Of a stretch of 64,000 nucleotides of DNA, positions 36,236 through 45,889 are shown piece by piece. The translations under genes and the position numbers were made by a program. Source of the stretch: an uncultured bacterium. GTDB lineage: Bacteria; Babelota; Babeliae; Babelales; Babelaceae. Positions within the stretch are counted from its first letter, which is position 1, and each line of letters opens with the position of its first letter. Where the stretch lies: contig CAVRKK010000001.1 in the NCBI GenBank assembly GCA_963722385.1, positions 186,813 to 250,812 of the forward strand, given 5' to 3'. The notes under the pieces were generated by a model. That model did no database searches. It was given only the letters and a program-made list of their open reading frames with translations, and was not told the DNA's origin.

Positions 36236-37054
36236 TTATGCTACGCCATCTAATCGTACGTTATTATCAACAATATACACATTTTTTATACCCAGCGATT
36301 TTCCTGAGGCTCCATCAATATCTATTAATGCGCCATTGAGTATATAAGGGCCTTCTGTTTCCACGTCGAAGCGGACGGGCATTTGCGTCAGCGTATTATG
36401 GATGATAGCTTCTTTTTTCACACCAATTATGGAGTCCAGCGGCCCGCACATACCGAGATCGGTTATGAAAGCCGTCCCTCCTGGAAGAATTCTGGCATCT
36501 GCTGTTTGGACGTGGGTATGGGTACCGACGACGGCGCTTACTTGACCGTCAAAGTAGCAGGCTATTACGGTCTTTTCTGAGGTTGCTTCAGCGTGTACGT
36601 CGATAAGAATGATCTTGGTCTTTGTTTTCAAAAAAGTTAACGCTGATTCTACGGCGCGCAGTGGGCAGGCGACCTGCTCCCTCATAAATATACGTCCTTG
36701 AACATTGATCACGCCTATGGTGAGCCCTTTGCAAATAAAGGTGCCAACGCCGGTGCCCGGGCATGCGTTGGGAAAGTTGAGTGGGCGTAGCAAATCTTTA
36801 TGTTCCGCAAGATACGGATAAATATCTTTTTTTTGCCAAATATGATTACCGGTTGTGACCATATCAACGCCGAGGTGCTTAAAGAATTTCATAATTTTCG
36901 GCGTGATGCCGCGGCCGTCGGCGCTGTTTTCGCCATTTACGATAACAGCATCGATGGCGTGTTCTTTTCTTAATGTTGGCAAGTGCTTTTGCAGGATGGC
37001 CTGTCCTGGTGCGCCAACGACGTCGCCGATGAAGAGTATTCGTAGTTTTTCCAT
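36236..37054 (-). CDS. ymdB: YmdB-family metallophosphoesterase (2',3'-cyclic-nucleotide phosphodiesterase-like)
   Basis: It has RILFIGDVVGAPG, VIVNGENSADGRGIT, TTGNHIW and GTHTHVQTAD. It lies downstream of rny on the same strand, as in many genomes. Confidence 0.85.
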   Translation of the reverse strand: MEKLRILFIGDVVGAPGQAILQKHLPTLRKEHAIDAVIVNGENSADGRGITPKIMKFFKHLGVDMVTTGNHIWQKKDIYPYLAEHKDLLRPLNFPNACPGTGVGTFICKGLTIGVINVQGRIFMREQVACPLRAVESALTFLKTKTKIILIDVHAEATSEKTVIACYFDGQVSAVVGTHTHVQTADARILPGGTAFITDLGMCGPLDSIIGVKKEAIIHNTLTQMPVRFDVETEGPYILNGALIDIDGASGKSLGIKNVYIVDNNVRLDGVA

Positions 37055-37084
37055 GTTGTTTCCCTATTGCTGCTGGGGTTGGTG

Positions 37085-37530
37085 CGTGCGCTTACGCAGC
37101 CGACTTCGCCGAGGCGGTGGGAACGCTTACGCAGCGGGCGCGACTCCGCGTCGAGCGGCAGGGCGGCGGCCCTGCACCCGTCGATTTGTTTTTGTTACTT
37201 ACGTGCCTCATCTTCTTTACGTCTATGATGCTCTAACCATGCGAGGCGCATGCTTAGAGCTACCGCAATTTTCCTGACGGAAAATAGATTTTTATCATGA
37301 AGCGTAGCGCACATGATAATGGCGTAAGTTATCGTGCGCTTTGGCGAACGATAACTACACACACCAAGCCTGTAAGCATAACGCTTTGGGGATTGCTAAG
37401 GGACGATGTCCCTTAGCCCCCAGCCGGGCAGGCGATTCGATTCAATTCAATTCGCTCTGTTCCGTCAGCCGTACGCGACTTCGCCTAGGCTACACCCACC
37501 AAGCAGGCGATTCAGTTCAATTTCAATTCA
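37085..37530 (-). repeat. Structured palindromic repeat element, copy B (inverted relative to copy A), inserted between rny and ymdB
   Basis: The reverse complement of 37259-37478 matches 29847-30068 with two 1-nt indels and one substitution (manual alignment). 37141-37260 is a diverged match to 30067-30182. The terminus motif caggcgattc(a/g)(g/a)ttcaatt is duplicated at 37427-37455 and 37503-37530. Confidence 0.85.
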
Positions 37531-37532
37531 AT

Positions 37533-39092
37533 TTACCGCGCATACTCGATCGCACGCTTTTCGCGTATAACATTTACCTTGATCTGGCCCGGGAAGCTCA
37601 TCTCCTGAGAAATCCTCTCAGCAAGATTTCTTGCAAGCGTCGAAGCCTTATCATCGTCGAGCAAATCCTCTTCTACAATAACACGAATTTCACGCCCCGC
37701 CTGCAAGGCATACGCCTTCTTGACGCCACCAAAGGCCTGCGCTATATCCTCCAACTTCTCCAAGCGCTTGAGATACGCGGTTAGCGTCTCACGCCGTGCT
37801 CCGGGACGCGAGGCAGATATCGTATCAGCAACCATAACTAAAGGGCTGTAAATCGAAGCAAACGCCAGCTCCTCATGATGCGCAGCAATCGCGTTCACCA
37901 CCAACGGATCCTCGCCGCACCGCTTGGCAACTTCAGCACCAATAAGTGCATGCGGTCCCTCATGCTCAGCCGACAAAGCCTTACCAATGTCATGCAATAG
38001 CCCGCCGCGCAGAGCAATCTCCGGACGCGGCAACCCAAGCTCCTCAGCAAGCGTACGCGCAAAAATACCAACCTCTATACTATGCGTCAGTACATTCTGG
38101 GAAAAACTTGTCCTAAAATGTAATCGACCGAGAAGCATAATAATCTCTTGCTTAACACCCTGCAAATTAAACTGGAGAATGGTCTTCTTGCCATACTCCT
38201 CAATCATCTCCTCAATATCCTTTTCACACTGCGAAACCGTCTCTTCAATACGAGTCGGATTTATGCGCCCATCGGCAATTAACTTTTCTAAAGTCCGCCG
38301 TGCAACCTCACGGCGTATAGGGTTAAATCCAGAAATCGTGATAACTTCGGGTGTATCACCGATGACAAACTCCATGCCCGTCGACATCTCAAGCGCCTTA
38401 ATATTACGCCCTTCCTTGCCAATAACACGCCCTTTCATCTCTTCATTAGGCAGATGCACGACGCTTGATGAATGCAAGGTAACCTGCTCTGCTACGTACC
38501 GCTGCATGGCCGTAACCAAAATTTCAATGGTACGCTCTTTAGCGCCCTGACGTGCCTCTTCTTCTACCTTCTGTACCCACTTCTCCTGAGTATGCCGAAC
38601 CTCAGCCTCAAGCGTCTGAAAAAGCGTCTGACGCGCCTCCTCGCGGGTCATGCTCGCCACATGCTCTAACTTGGTAATCAGTTCATCATAAAGCTGCTTA
38701 AGCTTCTGCTCATTAATACGTAACTGATCCGCTAAGCGGGAAAGCGCGCGCTCTTTCTGCTGCAGCTCTCGCTGCGTCTCCTCAAGTCGCTGCTCTTTCT
38801 TTTCGATCGCATCGTATTTTACGTTAAGTTTCGTCTGAAAGCGCTCAAGCTCAACACGCTCGCGTTTGATCTCAAGCTCAAACTCACTCCGTTTCTTATA
38901 AAGCTCGTCCTTAAGCTTGAGCGAAGCCTCGCGCCGCTCCGTCTCAATCTCTTTCTTAATATCCTCACACTTCTGCTGCGTCTCAAGTGAAACATGCCGC
39001 GCTTTATCATGCCGTCTCTTTGCAAGAACGAGGAGCATGCCCCCCACAACCGTTATCAAAATACCAAACGCAGGCATAAACGCCGCGATCAT
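37533..39092 (-). CDS. rny: Ribonuclease Y
   Basis: It has an N-terminal TM helix, a long coiled coil, a KH domain (GKEGRNIKALE) and an HD domain (GLLHDIGKA). Confidence 0.95.
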   Translation of the reverse strand: MIAAFMPAFGILITVVGGMLLVLAKRRHDKARHVSLETQQKCEDIKKEIETERREASLKLKDELYKKRSEFELEIKRERVELERFQTKLNVKYDAIEKKEQRLEETQRELQQKERALSRLADQLRINEQKLKQLYDELITKLEHVASMTREEARQTLFQTLEAEVRHTQEKWVQKVEEEARQGAKERTIEILVTAMQRYVAEQVTLHSSSVVHLPNEEMKGRVIGKEGRNIKALEMSTGMEFVIGDTPEVITISGFNPIRREVARRTLEKLIADGRINPTRIEETVSQCEKDIEEMIEEYGKKTILQFNLQGVKQEIIMLLGRLHFRTSFSQNVLTHSIEVGIFARTLAEELGLPRPEIALRGGLLHDIGKALSAEHEGPHALIGAEVAKRCGEDPLVVNAIAAHHEELAFASIYSPLVMVADTISASRPGARRETLTAYLKRLEKLEDIAQAFGGVKKAYALQAGREIRVIVEEDLLDDDKASTLARNLAERISQEMSFPGQIKVNVIREKRAIEYAR

Positions 39093-39199
39093 ACAGCATC
39101 TCCTTTATATAATAGTGCAATTCCTGGCGCCGTGCCGAGCCACTAAAAACGTGGCACTCTAAAGATGCCATAATCTACGACAAACGTCCACGCTAACAA

Positions 39200-39496
39200 T
39201 CAAAAAACTTCCATCCCCAAAGAAGAAAGCTCCTGATCAAGGCGAGCAATAAGCTCAAGCCCCCTGCGCTCAGACTCCTCAAGAAGAGCATATGTATTCT
39301 TAAACTCGCACGCAACCTGAAGTGCAGCGAGAACTGCTATCCGTTTGGTATCGGCAAGCCCTGTTTTCTCTGCCAGATCGCGCATAAGACAGTCAATCTG
39401 CTGAGCCGAAAGCAAAACATGCTCCTCACGCTCATCGCTGACCAGCGTGTAAGACTCGCCAAAAATAGAAACTTTGTACTTTTTGAGCGTTTCCAT
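39200..39496 (-). CDS. zapA: Cell-division protein ZapA-like
   Basis: It is 98 aa, and the pattern VSIFGESYTLVSDEREEHVLLSAQQID is typical of ZapA. Its position next to rny agrees. Confidence 0.65.
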   Translation of the reverse strand: METLKKYKVSIFGESYTLVSDEREEHVLLSAQQIDCLMRDLAEKTGLADTKRIAVLAALQVACEFKNTYALLEESERRGLELIARLDQELSSLGMEVF

Positions 39497-39499
39497 GGG

Positions 39500-39871
39500 C
39501 TACCGCTCTGGCTCTATCAGAACATCAATACTCTTAATAAGATCATCAACAGCCATTTTGGTAAGCTCGCGCTCCTGACTTAACCCCTCAAGACTCTGGT
39601 GACGAGCAAGCAGCGCTTCCTCAAGCTTTTCTGCCTGTAATCGCAACTGCTGGTTCTCTTCCTTAAGCAGGCCAACCTCGCCACGCAAATCATCGCCCGC
39701 ATGCTCCAATTGCTCCTGCATTTTAAAGCATTCTTCCTTGACCAAGACAAGCTCCTGGTCAAGCTCAGCAATGCGAAGCATATCGCTTCTTTTACTTTCA
39801 ATCAGCAACGATAATTTTTTTTCAAGAATACCAAACTGCTCCATCAGTATCTCCTTGTGGGCATATCTCAT
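39500..39871 (-). CDS. Coiled-coil protein (ZapB-like?)
   Basis: It is 123 aa with heptad-rich, Leu/Glu/Gln-rich sequence. It lies 3 nt upstream of zapA on the same strand. Confidence 0.5.
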   Translation of the reverse strand: MRYAHKEILMEQFGILEKKLSLLIESKRSDMLRIAELDQELVLVKEECFKMQEQLEHAGDDLRGEVGLLKEENQQLRLQAEKLEEALLARHQSLEGLSQERELTKMAVDDLIKSIDVLIEPER

Positions 39872-39926
39872 TCAATATCAATCTGCCCTAGATTCTAATG
39901 GCCGAAGCTGAAGCTTGTCAAGATAA

Positions 39927-40274
39927 TTATCGCGAAACCTGCTCAACAATCTGCCCAAATACCGCTGGATCATAGACCGCGATCTGACTTAGCATTTTTC
40001 TGTTCAGCCCAATATGCGCCTTCTTAAGCCCGTGCATAAAAGTACTATAGCTCCACCCATGCGTCTTGACCGCCGCATTAATACGCACAATAAATAACGA
40101 GCGCACATCACGCTTACGTAATTTACGGCCTGTAAATGCAAAAGCCAAAGCACGCATTAATGTCTGCTTCGCTCTCTTAAAAATGTTTTTACGCTGGCCC
40201 CAAAAACCCTTGGTCTGCTTTAATAGCCGCTTATGCCTGCGCTTGGTAACAACACCACGTTTAACTCGACTCAT
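39927..40274 (-). CDS. rplT: 50S ribosomal protein L20
   Basis: It starts MSRVKRGVVTKRRHKRLLKQTKGFWG. Confidence 0.95.
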   Translation of the reverse strand: MSRVKRGVVTKRRHKRLLKQTKGFWGQRKNIFKRAKQTLMRALAFAFTGRKLRKRDVRSLFIVRINAAVKTHGWSYSTFMHGLKKAHIGLNRKMLSQIAVYDPAVFGQIVEQVSR

Positions 40275-40304
40275 AATACTATTTCCATGGTTATTATATA
40301 ATCA

Positions 40305-40499
40305 CTAATACGGTAATGCAAAAAGAATACGGGCAGCGTCCGCAGGACTGACCATAAGCTTTGTACGCAAAAAGCGCTTGCGCTTCGCCGTCTTATGAGC
40401 AAGCTTCTTGCGTCGACCTGCATGGGCCGCCTTGATACGGCCGCTTTTTGACTTCTTAAATCTCTTTTTAACCCCAGAGTGGGTCTTCATCTTTGGCAT
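40305..40499 (-). CDS. rpmI: 50S ribosomal protein L35
   Basis: It starts MPKMKTHSGVKKRFKKSKSGRIKAAHAGRRKKL. Confidence 0.95.
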   Translation of the reverse strand: MPKMKTHSGVKKRFKKSKSGRIKAAHAGRRKKLAHKTAKRKRFLRTKLMVSPADAARILFALPY

Positions 40500-40505
40500 G
40501 ATTCC

Positions 40506-41069
40506 CTACTTCTTTAAATAATAAACACGATACAAAGTATTATCAGTCAGCATGTCTTTTTCCTGCTTTTCCTGAATAATATGCTGACCAATCTCCGATG
40601 CCTTAAAGGCATCATTAATTTTATCAAAAAGAGCACCACCACGCTCGCTCTTCATTGCTATCTCTCTTCCGCGGAAAACAAGCGTAAATTTCACCCGTTT
40701 GCCCTCAGTCAAAAACGCGAGCGCCTGGTTCATCTTTGTCTGAAAATCGTGCTCGCCAATCTTCGGCCGCAACTTAAGCTCTTTCACCTGTATAATATGC
40801 TGCTTCTTCTTAGCATCAGCTAACTGCTTCTTCTTGGCATAAAGTGCCTTGCCATAGTCCATAACTTTAGCAACCGGCATTCCATCCTTGCCCTGCTCAG
40901 CAATAATAACCAGATCAAGCCCCGCCTCACGAGCAGCGCGCAGCGCTGCCTCCCGCGTCACAACACCCTCATTCTTCCCATCATGGGTAATAAGCTGCAT
41001 TTTGTCGTAGCGTATCTTCTCGTTGATTAATGGACCCGAATCGCCCTTGGTCGTCTTAGTTACCACCAT
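40506..41069 (-). CDS. infC: Translation initiation factor IF-3
   Basis: It has INEKIRYDKMQLI, AREAGLDLVII, PVAKVMDYGK and FRGREI. The exact start is uncertain. Confidence 0.9.
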   Translation of the reverse strand: MVVTKTTKGDSGPLINEKIRYDKMQLITHDGKNEGVVTREAALRAAREAGLDLVIIAEQGKDGMPVAKVMDYGKALYAKKKQLADAKKKQHIIQVKELKLRPKIGEHDFQTKMNQALAFLTEGKRVKFTLVFRGREIAMKSERGGALFDKINDAFKASEIGQHIIQEKQEKDMLTDNTLYRVYYLKK

Positions 41070-41072
41070 ATC

Positions 41073-42152
41073 CTACTCTTCGTCTGAAAGATGATCAATA
41101 TTTTGGCCAGACGCCGCCTGCAGAGCATCAGCACCAAACACCGCCCTTACGCGCTCAGTCAATCCTTGCATCAAAGAGGCATCACCCTTAAGCGCGTGCA
41201 CAACCTGGTCTCGCCCCTGCGCAAGCTTCTCACCATTAAATGAGAACCAAGAACCCGACTGCGTCACCACGCCAACCTTTAACGCCGCATCAAGAACATC
41301 ATATTCTTTGCTCACACCCTCACCAAAAATTAAATCAACTTCAACTGACTTAAAAGGGGGCGCCATCTTGTTCTTAGCAACCTTAACTCTCACCCGATTA
41401 CCCCGATGCGAACCGTCTTTGTCCTTCAGGCTCTCGATACGACGCACATCAATACGAAGTGATGCATAAAATTTGAGCGCGTTGCCGCCCGTCGTAACCT
41501 CGTTGTTAGCAAAGGCCATAGCGTTAATTTTTTGACGAATCTGATTGATAAAAATAAGCGCCGTACGCGACTTGTGCACCACCGGCGTCAGCTTACGTAA
41601 AGCCTGAGACATCAACCGCGCTTGTAAACCCATATGGGGATCACCCATGTCGCCGTCAACTTCAGCCTTAGGAACCAGTGCAGCAACAGAATCTATAACA
41701 ATAAGGTCAACCGCTCCTGATCTAATAAGCATTTCCGCTATGTCAAGTGCCTGCTCGCCAAAGTCTGGTTGAGAAATAACCAAATCATTGATATTGATAC
41801 CAAGCTTGGTAGCATAAACAGGGTCCAAGGCATGCTCAGCGTCAATAAACGCGCAAATACCCCCGCCCTTCTGAGATTGCGCAATCGCCTGCAATGCAAG
41901 TGTCGTCTTGCCTGATGCCTCCGGTCCATAAATCTCCGTAACGCGGCCCCGCGGAAACCCACCAACACCAAGAGCGCTATCTATTAAAAACGAGCCAGTC
42001 GAGATAACGTCAATCTGTGCAGCAGCAGACTGCCCAAGAAGCATTACCGACCCCTTGCCATACGCTTTATCTATTTGGGAGAATACAACCTCAAGCACCT
42101 TATGCTTGGCATTGATATCCGAATCCCTTACAACTTTTTCTTTTTCACTCAC
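41073..42152 (-). CDS. recA: Recombinase RecA
   Basis: It has Walker [23 protein letters not shown] and [12 protein letters not shown]. It uses a GTG start. Confidence 0.95.
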   Translation of the reverse strand: MSEKEKVVRDSDINAKHKVLEVVFSQIDKAYGKGSVMLLGQSAAAQIDVISTGSFLIDSALGVGGFPRGRVTEIYGPEASGKTTLALQAIAQSQKGGGICAFIDAEHALDPVYATKLGININDLVISQPDFGEQALDIAEMLIRSGAVDLIVIDSVAALVPKAEVDGDMGDPHMGLQARLMSQALRKLTPVVHKSRTALIFINQIRQKINAMAFANNEVTTGGNALKFYASLRIDVRRIESLKDKDGSHRGNRVRVKVAKNKMAPPFKSVEVDLIFGEGVSKEYDVLDAALKVGVVTQSGSWFSFNGEKLAQGRDQVVHALKGDASLMQGLTERVRAVFGADALQAASGQNIDHLSDEE

Positions 42153-42169
42153 GCTTTTTGCTCACTCAA

Positions 42170-43708
42170 TTAACGACGACCAATAAAAGATTTGTTAGTC
42201 TTAATTTTAGCATTTTTCTCTAAAGAAGCAATAAACCCTTGCGCAACCTGCTCCCCTTCTTTTCTCATAAGAGTATTAAAGAGCTCGGGCTTCTTCTGAT
42301 TAAATTTTTCAATGTCAAGTTCGGCAAGCTCTTTAACCCCGATTACATAGCCAGCTTGGGGCGTAAGCACCGTTTTTGACTGGCCTACGGGCAGGCTGAG
42401 CAATTGCGATACCTGCTGTCTTTGCAAGCCCTCCTTCTCAAGGCTTGCCCAAACTGGCGAATCCTTTTTATCAGGCTCGATAAAGTCCGTATCAAAGGAC
42501 GTAGCACCCAGCGCTTTATGCTCATTAATCCATGCCTGCCGCCCCGATGCGTCCAATCCTTTTATCGTGGTCAAGTCGTTGGCCAATGCCTGGGCTGCCT
42601 GTGCTAAGTAATAATCTTGCTCAACCGGCCCCCGGATCGTCGACAACGGCTGTTCTGCGCGCGGGTCAACCTTCGTCAATTCAACAACAAAGCCGCGACG
42701 CTCTTTGCCTTCACCAGTAACAAAAATAGCTCGCTCACCAATGTCCTTAAGCGAGAAGAGCTTGCGCGTTAACACATTATCAGGAGCTCCTTGGCTCTCT
42801 TCAGGCAAAGCAACCGGGCCAAGCGGGCTGGCCGCCCCCTGATACTTTTTAACAAACTCATCAAAGCCAGACACAAGAACCTGTTCGCCTTCAGCCAAAA
42901 AATCATCAGGAATATGGTCAAACGTCCAGACCGAGCCGCTTCGCTTTTCCAGACTCCAGTAATGATGATTACGCTGGTTTGCCTCCTGAAAGAACTTTTC
43001 AAGCGCAGCGGTATCAAGCGAAACTTTTTTAGCCTGTGCAAGATAATCAGCAATAGGCACCTTAATAAGAGAAAGCTTTTTTGCCCGATAAGCCCGATCA
43101 AACTCATCACGAACCCGAGCTATTGGCACATAAGCAGCACCTTGAGCAAACTGAAGAACAAGCTGCCCCTTGATGCGCTCTTCAACAACCTCTTCAAGAC
43201 AGCGAGCCGAGACCCCTTGACGCTGCAGCAATTTAAGCAAGTCGCGATAATTAACACCCTGAGGACTTACCGCGCCAGCAGGGATCATGTCCCCCATAAT
43301 TTGTAGCGCAAAATAGGGATTTTCAAGCTGATTCGAGACGTAGTCAGGCGATAACCGTAAGCCGAGCTTGTCGGCGCAGGCAAGTAAAAGTTTCTGCTCC
43401 GTTAAGGCTTTAAGAGCGCGATCCTCAGGCTTGCCACCAAAGCCAAGCGCTTCAAGAAACGCCGAAGCATTGGCACCAAACTGCTGCCTCATATAACTCT
43501 CTCGGCGCTGCTCCTGGCCAACCTTGCGCTGAAATTCACGAATACTAATTTCGTAGCCATCAACAAAGGAAACGCCCGTATCGCCAGTTCTCATAAAGCG
43601 GCGAAACAGCCCACCAATAAAAATGCCTCCCCCCAAAGATAAAATAGTAATCCATATAACGATATTAAATGCTTGCTTACTGAAATTCTTGCGTATCGTT
43701 GAAATCAT
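42170..43708 (-). CDS. PpiD/SurA-N-like periplasmic chaperone, membrane-anchored
   Basis: The N-terminus MISTIRKNFSKQAFNIVIWITILSLGGGIF has the PpiD-style anchor, and the overall length fits. I could not recognise a parvulin signature by eye. Confidence 0.6.
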   Translation of the reverse strand: MISTIRKNFSKQAFNIVIWITILSLGGGIFIGGLFRRFMRTGDTGVSFVDGYEISIREFQRKVGQEQRRESYMRQQFGANASAFLEALGFGGKPEDRALKALTEQKLLLACADKLGLRLSPDYVSNQLENPYFALQIMGDMIPAGAVSPQGVNYRDLLKLLQRQGVSARCLEEVVEERIKGQLVLQFAQGAAYVPIARVRDEFDRAYRAKKLSLIKVPIADYLAQAKKVSLDTAALEKFFQEANQRNHHYWSLEKRSGSVWTFDHIPDDFLAEGEQVLVSGFDEFVKKYQGAASPLGPVALPEESQGAPDNVLTRKLFSLKDIGERAIFVTGEGKERRGFVVELTKVDPRAEQPLSTIRGPVEQDYYLAQAAQALANDLTTIKGLDASGRQAWINEHKALGATSFDTDFIEPDKKDSPVWASLEKEGLQRQQVSQLLSLPVGQSKTVLTPQAGYVIGVKELAELDIEKFNQKKPELFNTLMRKEGEQVAQGFIASLEKNAKIKTNKSFIGRR

Positions 43709-43755
43709 GAACTCTTTCCTTGCTATCTTTGCTATCTTTGTCGTCTTTTACTAAA

Positions 43756-44028
43756 TTACGTATCTTCTACCGAATATGATGTACAGAGAGATGAGTGAAC
43801 GCGGTCCGCGAATGCGCCTTGCTTTACGCAGGCAGCGATCTCCTCGCTCTGGTTTTTTTTCCCTAAGTAGTAGCCAGCAATAAATACAAAAAGCATCCCT
43901 ATAATACCAGCCGCAATTATTCTGCTAATCTGGGCATCTGACAACACAAGGTGGTGGCGGTACGCCTTGTGGTCTAAAGATGGCTCTTTGAGCTCCGACG
44001 TCCCTTTGTCATCGTGCTTATCACTCAT
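43756..44028 (-). CDS. Small single-TM hypothetical protein
   Basis: It is 90 aa with one hydrophobic helix (IIAAGIIGMLFVFIAGYYL). It overlaps the miaA stop by 8 nt. Confidence 0.45.
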   Translation of the reverse strand: MSDKHDDKGTSELKEPSLDHKAYRHHLVLSDAQISRIIAAGIIGMLFVFIAGYYLGKKNQSEEIAACVKQGAFADRVHSSLCTSYSVEDT

Positions 44029-44968
44029 GCAAACCTTCTTTCACATTTTCAATTTTATTAATATACGCCTCAAAGGGCGTATGGGTCAAATTTATCTCAG
44101 CAATCGTAATACCAGGGATAACAGGAAGCGCCTTTTTAAAGCCGCGCCAAAAAATTCTTTGCCGGCGAGCATAAGCGCGGGTTTGGCGCTTAATGCGCTC
44201 ATGGAGCTCGCGCTCGGAGCAGCCACCCCGAACAAATTCAATAACGTCGCGGTATCCCAAAAGCCCCTTAGCCGATAAAAAAGTATGCCATGACGTCGGC
44301 AAAGCTGCAACCTCGTCAATCCAACCCAATGACATCATCTCTTCAACCCGATCGTCAATTCTTCCATATAAATCGTCAGTATCACGGTCAAGAAATAGTA
44401 TATGACAACGCCCTGGCAATGCAAACGATGGCTTGAGCTGCGAAGGCAAAATACCGTGCTCGCGCCATATATGTAATGCACGGCCAATCCGATAGGTATC
44501 ATGTGGGTGGATCTCGCGAGCACGTACCGGATCAACCGCGTGCAAAAGGTCCCAATAAATGTCACGCATCGGCGCAGCGACAGGTTGAGCACCCCGATCA
44601 GCCGGAGGGAAAAAGAGCGATTTCAGATAGAAACCGGTACCTCCTACGATCACCGGCGTATGCGCCGATGATCCACCTCGACCTCCTATCATCGCAAGCA
44701 ATGGTAAACAGTCCCGCCGATATTGATATGCTGAGTAGTGTACCGGGTCTTTCACGATATCAAAAAGGTGATGCGCGATAGGATCATTTTTCCAGTCAGG
44801 CTTGGCAGTACCAATGGATAATCGCTTATATACTTGACCCATATCGCCATTAATTATCTCAATCGACTGCGCTTGCCCCAAGGCAAGCGAGCATGCAGTT
44901 TTACCAACACCCGTCGGTCCAAAAAGAATGATAAAAAATGGCGATGTGCCCATCAAGTCAACATCCAT
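44021..44968 (-). CDS. miaA: tRNA dimethylallyltransferase
   Basis: It has the P-loop GPTGVGKTACSLAL, IINGDMGQVYKRLSIGTAKP and VGGTGFYLK. Confidence 0.9.
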   Translation of the reverse strand: MDVDLMGTSPFFIILFGPTGVGKTACSLALGQAQSIEIINGDMGQVYKRLSIGTAKPDWKNDPIAHHLFDIVKDPVHYSAYQYRRDCLPLLAMIGGRGGSSAHTPVIVGGTGFYLKSLFFPPADRGAQPVAAPMRDIYWDLLHAVDPVRAREIHPHDTYRIGRALHIWREHGILPSQLKPSFALPGRCHILFLDRDTDDLYGRIDDRVEEMMSLGWIDEVAALPTSWHTFLSAKGLLGYRDVIEFVRGGCSERELHERIKRQTRAYARRQRIFWRGFKKALPVIPGITIAEINLTHTPFEAYINKIENVKEGLHE

Positions 44969-44984
44969 GATAATAATTCACCCT

Positions 44985-45497
44985 TTAGCCATCCTTGCTC
45001 TGCGCGGTGAAGAGAGACCTGAGCCGCTCCAAGGCACTGTGCTGCGGCAATTTCTCAACAAGTGAAATTTCCTCAGCAAGCAAGCTTTCAGTCTGGCATA
45101 ATAAGCTCTTTTCACCAAAAGAGAGCTCCTTCTGCATCTCTATAAACCGCAAATCTCGATAAATCTCCGACAGTTCGCGCAGGCCGCCAGCACGCAGTTT
45201 CATCTGGTATTCTTTGTTCCTTTTGTTCCAACTACTCGCCGTAAACTCATAAGCATTTAATCGTCGCGCAGGCTGCGTCAAAATCTTCAAGGCATCATCA
45301 ACGCTCTCACGAGAACTCAGCGGGCGGATAGGCACGGTGTGCATATTTTGCACCGGCACAAGCACTGTCATATCCTTGTTCAAAAATTTCAACTCATAGT
45401 AGCTCGTCTTCTGCCCAGCAACAATCTTCTCAATAACCCGCGTAATTTGCGCAACACCATGCCCTGGATAGACAACCTTATCATAGAGCAAAAACAT
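44985..45497 (-). CDS. carD: CarD/CdnL-family transcriptional regulator
   Basis: It has VVYPGHGVAQI and YYELKF, and it is about 170 aa. Confidence 0.85.
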   Translation of the reverse strand: MFLLYDKVVYPGHGVAQITRVIEKIVAGQKTSYYELKFLNKDMTVLVPVQNMHTVPIRPLSSRESVDDALKILTQPARRLNAYEFTASSWNKRNKEYQMKLRAGGLRELSEIYRDLRFIEMQKELSFGEKSLLCQTESLLAEEISLVEKLPQHSALERLRSLFTAQSKDG

Positions 45498-45806
45498 GGG
45501 CTAACCCCTTTAAAGATTTTTACTCTTTAAAAGCTTTAAACCCACTGTTTATTATATCATCACACGCACGCCAGGGCAATCTTCTCGCCCGATGCTCGCC
45601 GTTTCATCACCACATTCTTCACCACACCCCCTCCACACCGATCCCTCAACAAAGCCCCTTCCTCTTACCTCGGACAAAGGGGCCCCAGCACACAACCACC
45701 TCCCCCCAAAAGGTGGTGGGGAACCGCTCCGATAAGGCTGGCGGCGGGGGCGCAGGGATCGCTCCAAAGTTGAGCGAACAACACTAAGAAAATATGAGCA
45801 TATCAC

Positions 45807-45835
45807 TTGACCTCATATAAACAAGATGCTAAAGT
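45807..45835 (+). promoter_or_regulatory. Candidate sigma70-type promoter of dnaK
   Basis: TTGACC (45807-45812), a 17-nt spacer, then TAAAGT (45830-45835), about 55 nt upstream of the dnaK ATG. I found no CIRCE element. Confidence 0.35.
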
Positions 45836-45889
45836 GTAACTAGCTTAAATAGAAGGGAAAATTGCAATAAATAAAGAAGGAATATAAGC

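Noticed and set aside
37924-38550. 208-aa plus-strand ORF antisense to rny. Similar long antisense ORFs lie at 7257-7802 (in FGE), 32240-32764 (in the ankyrin gene), 42791-43306 (in the ppiD-like gene), 16268-16666 and 57485-57970.
   Set aside because: Each lies entirely inside a well-supported conserved gene on the other strand. Each has a Ser/Arg/Pro-rich, low-complexity composition and no RBS or motif. These are typical shadow ORFs.
40506-41069. Non-canonical (AUU-type) infC start codon, as in E. coli.
   Set aside because: An in-frame ATG at 41069 gives a plausible N-terminus. Without alignment tools or start mapping I cannot support an alternative start. I note it only as an uncertainty.
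45552-45806. 84-aa minus-strand ORF in the carD-dnaK spacer.
   Set aside because: Its Gly/Arg/Pro/Cys-rich composition is produced by the GC-rich DNA. It has no RBS or motif. I kept it only as a possible non-coding element (see findings).
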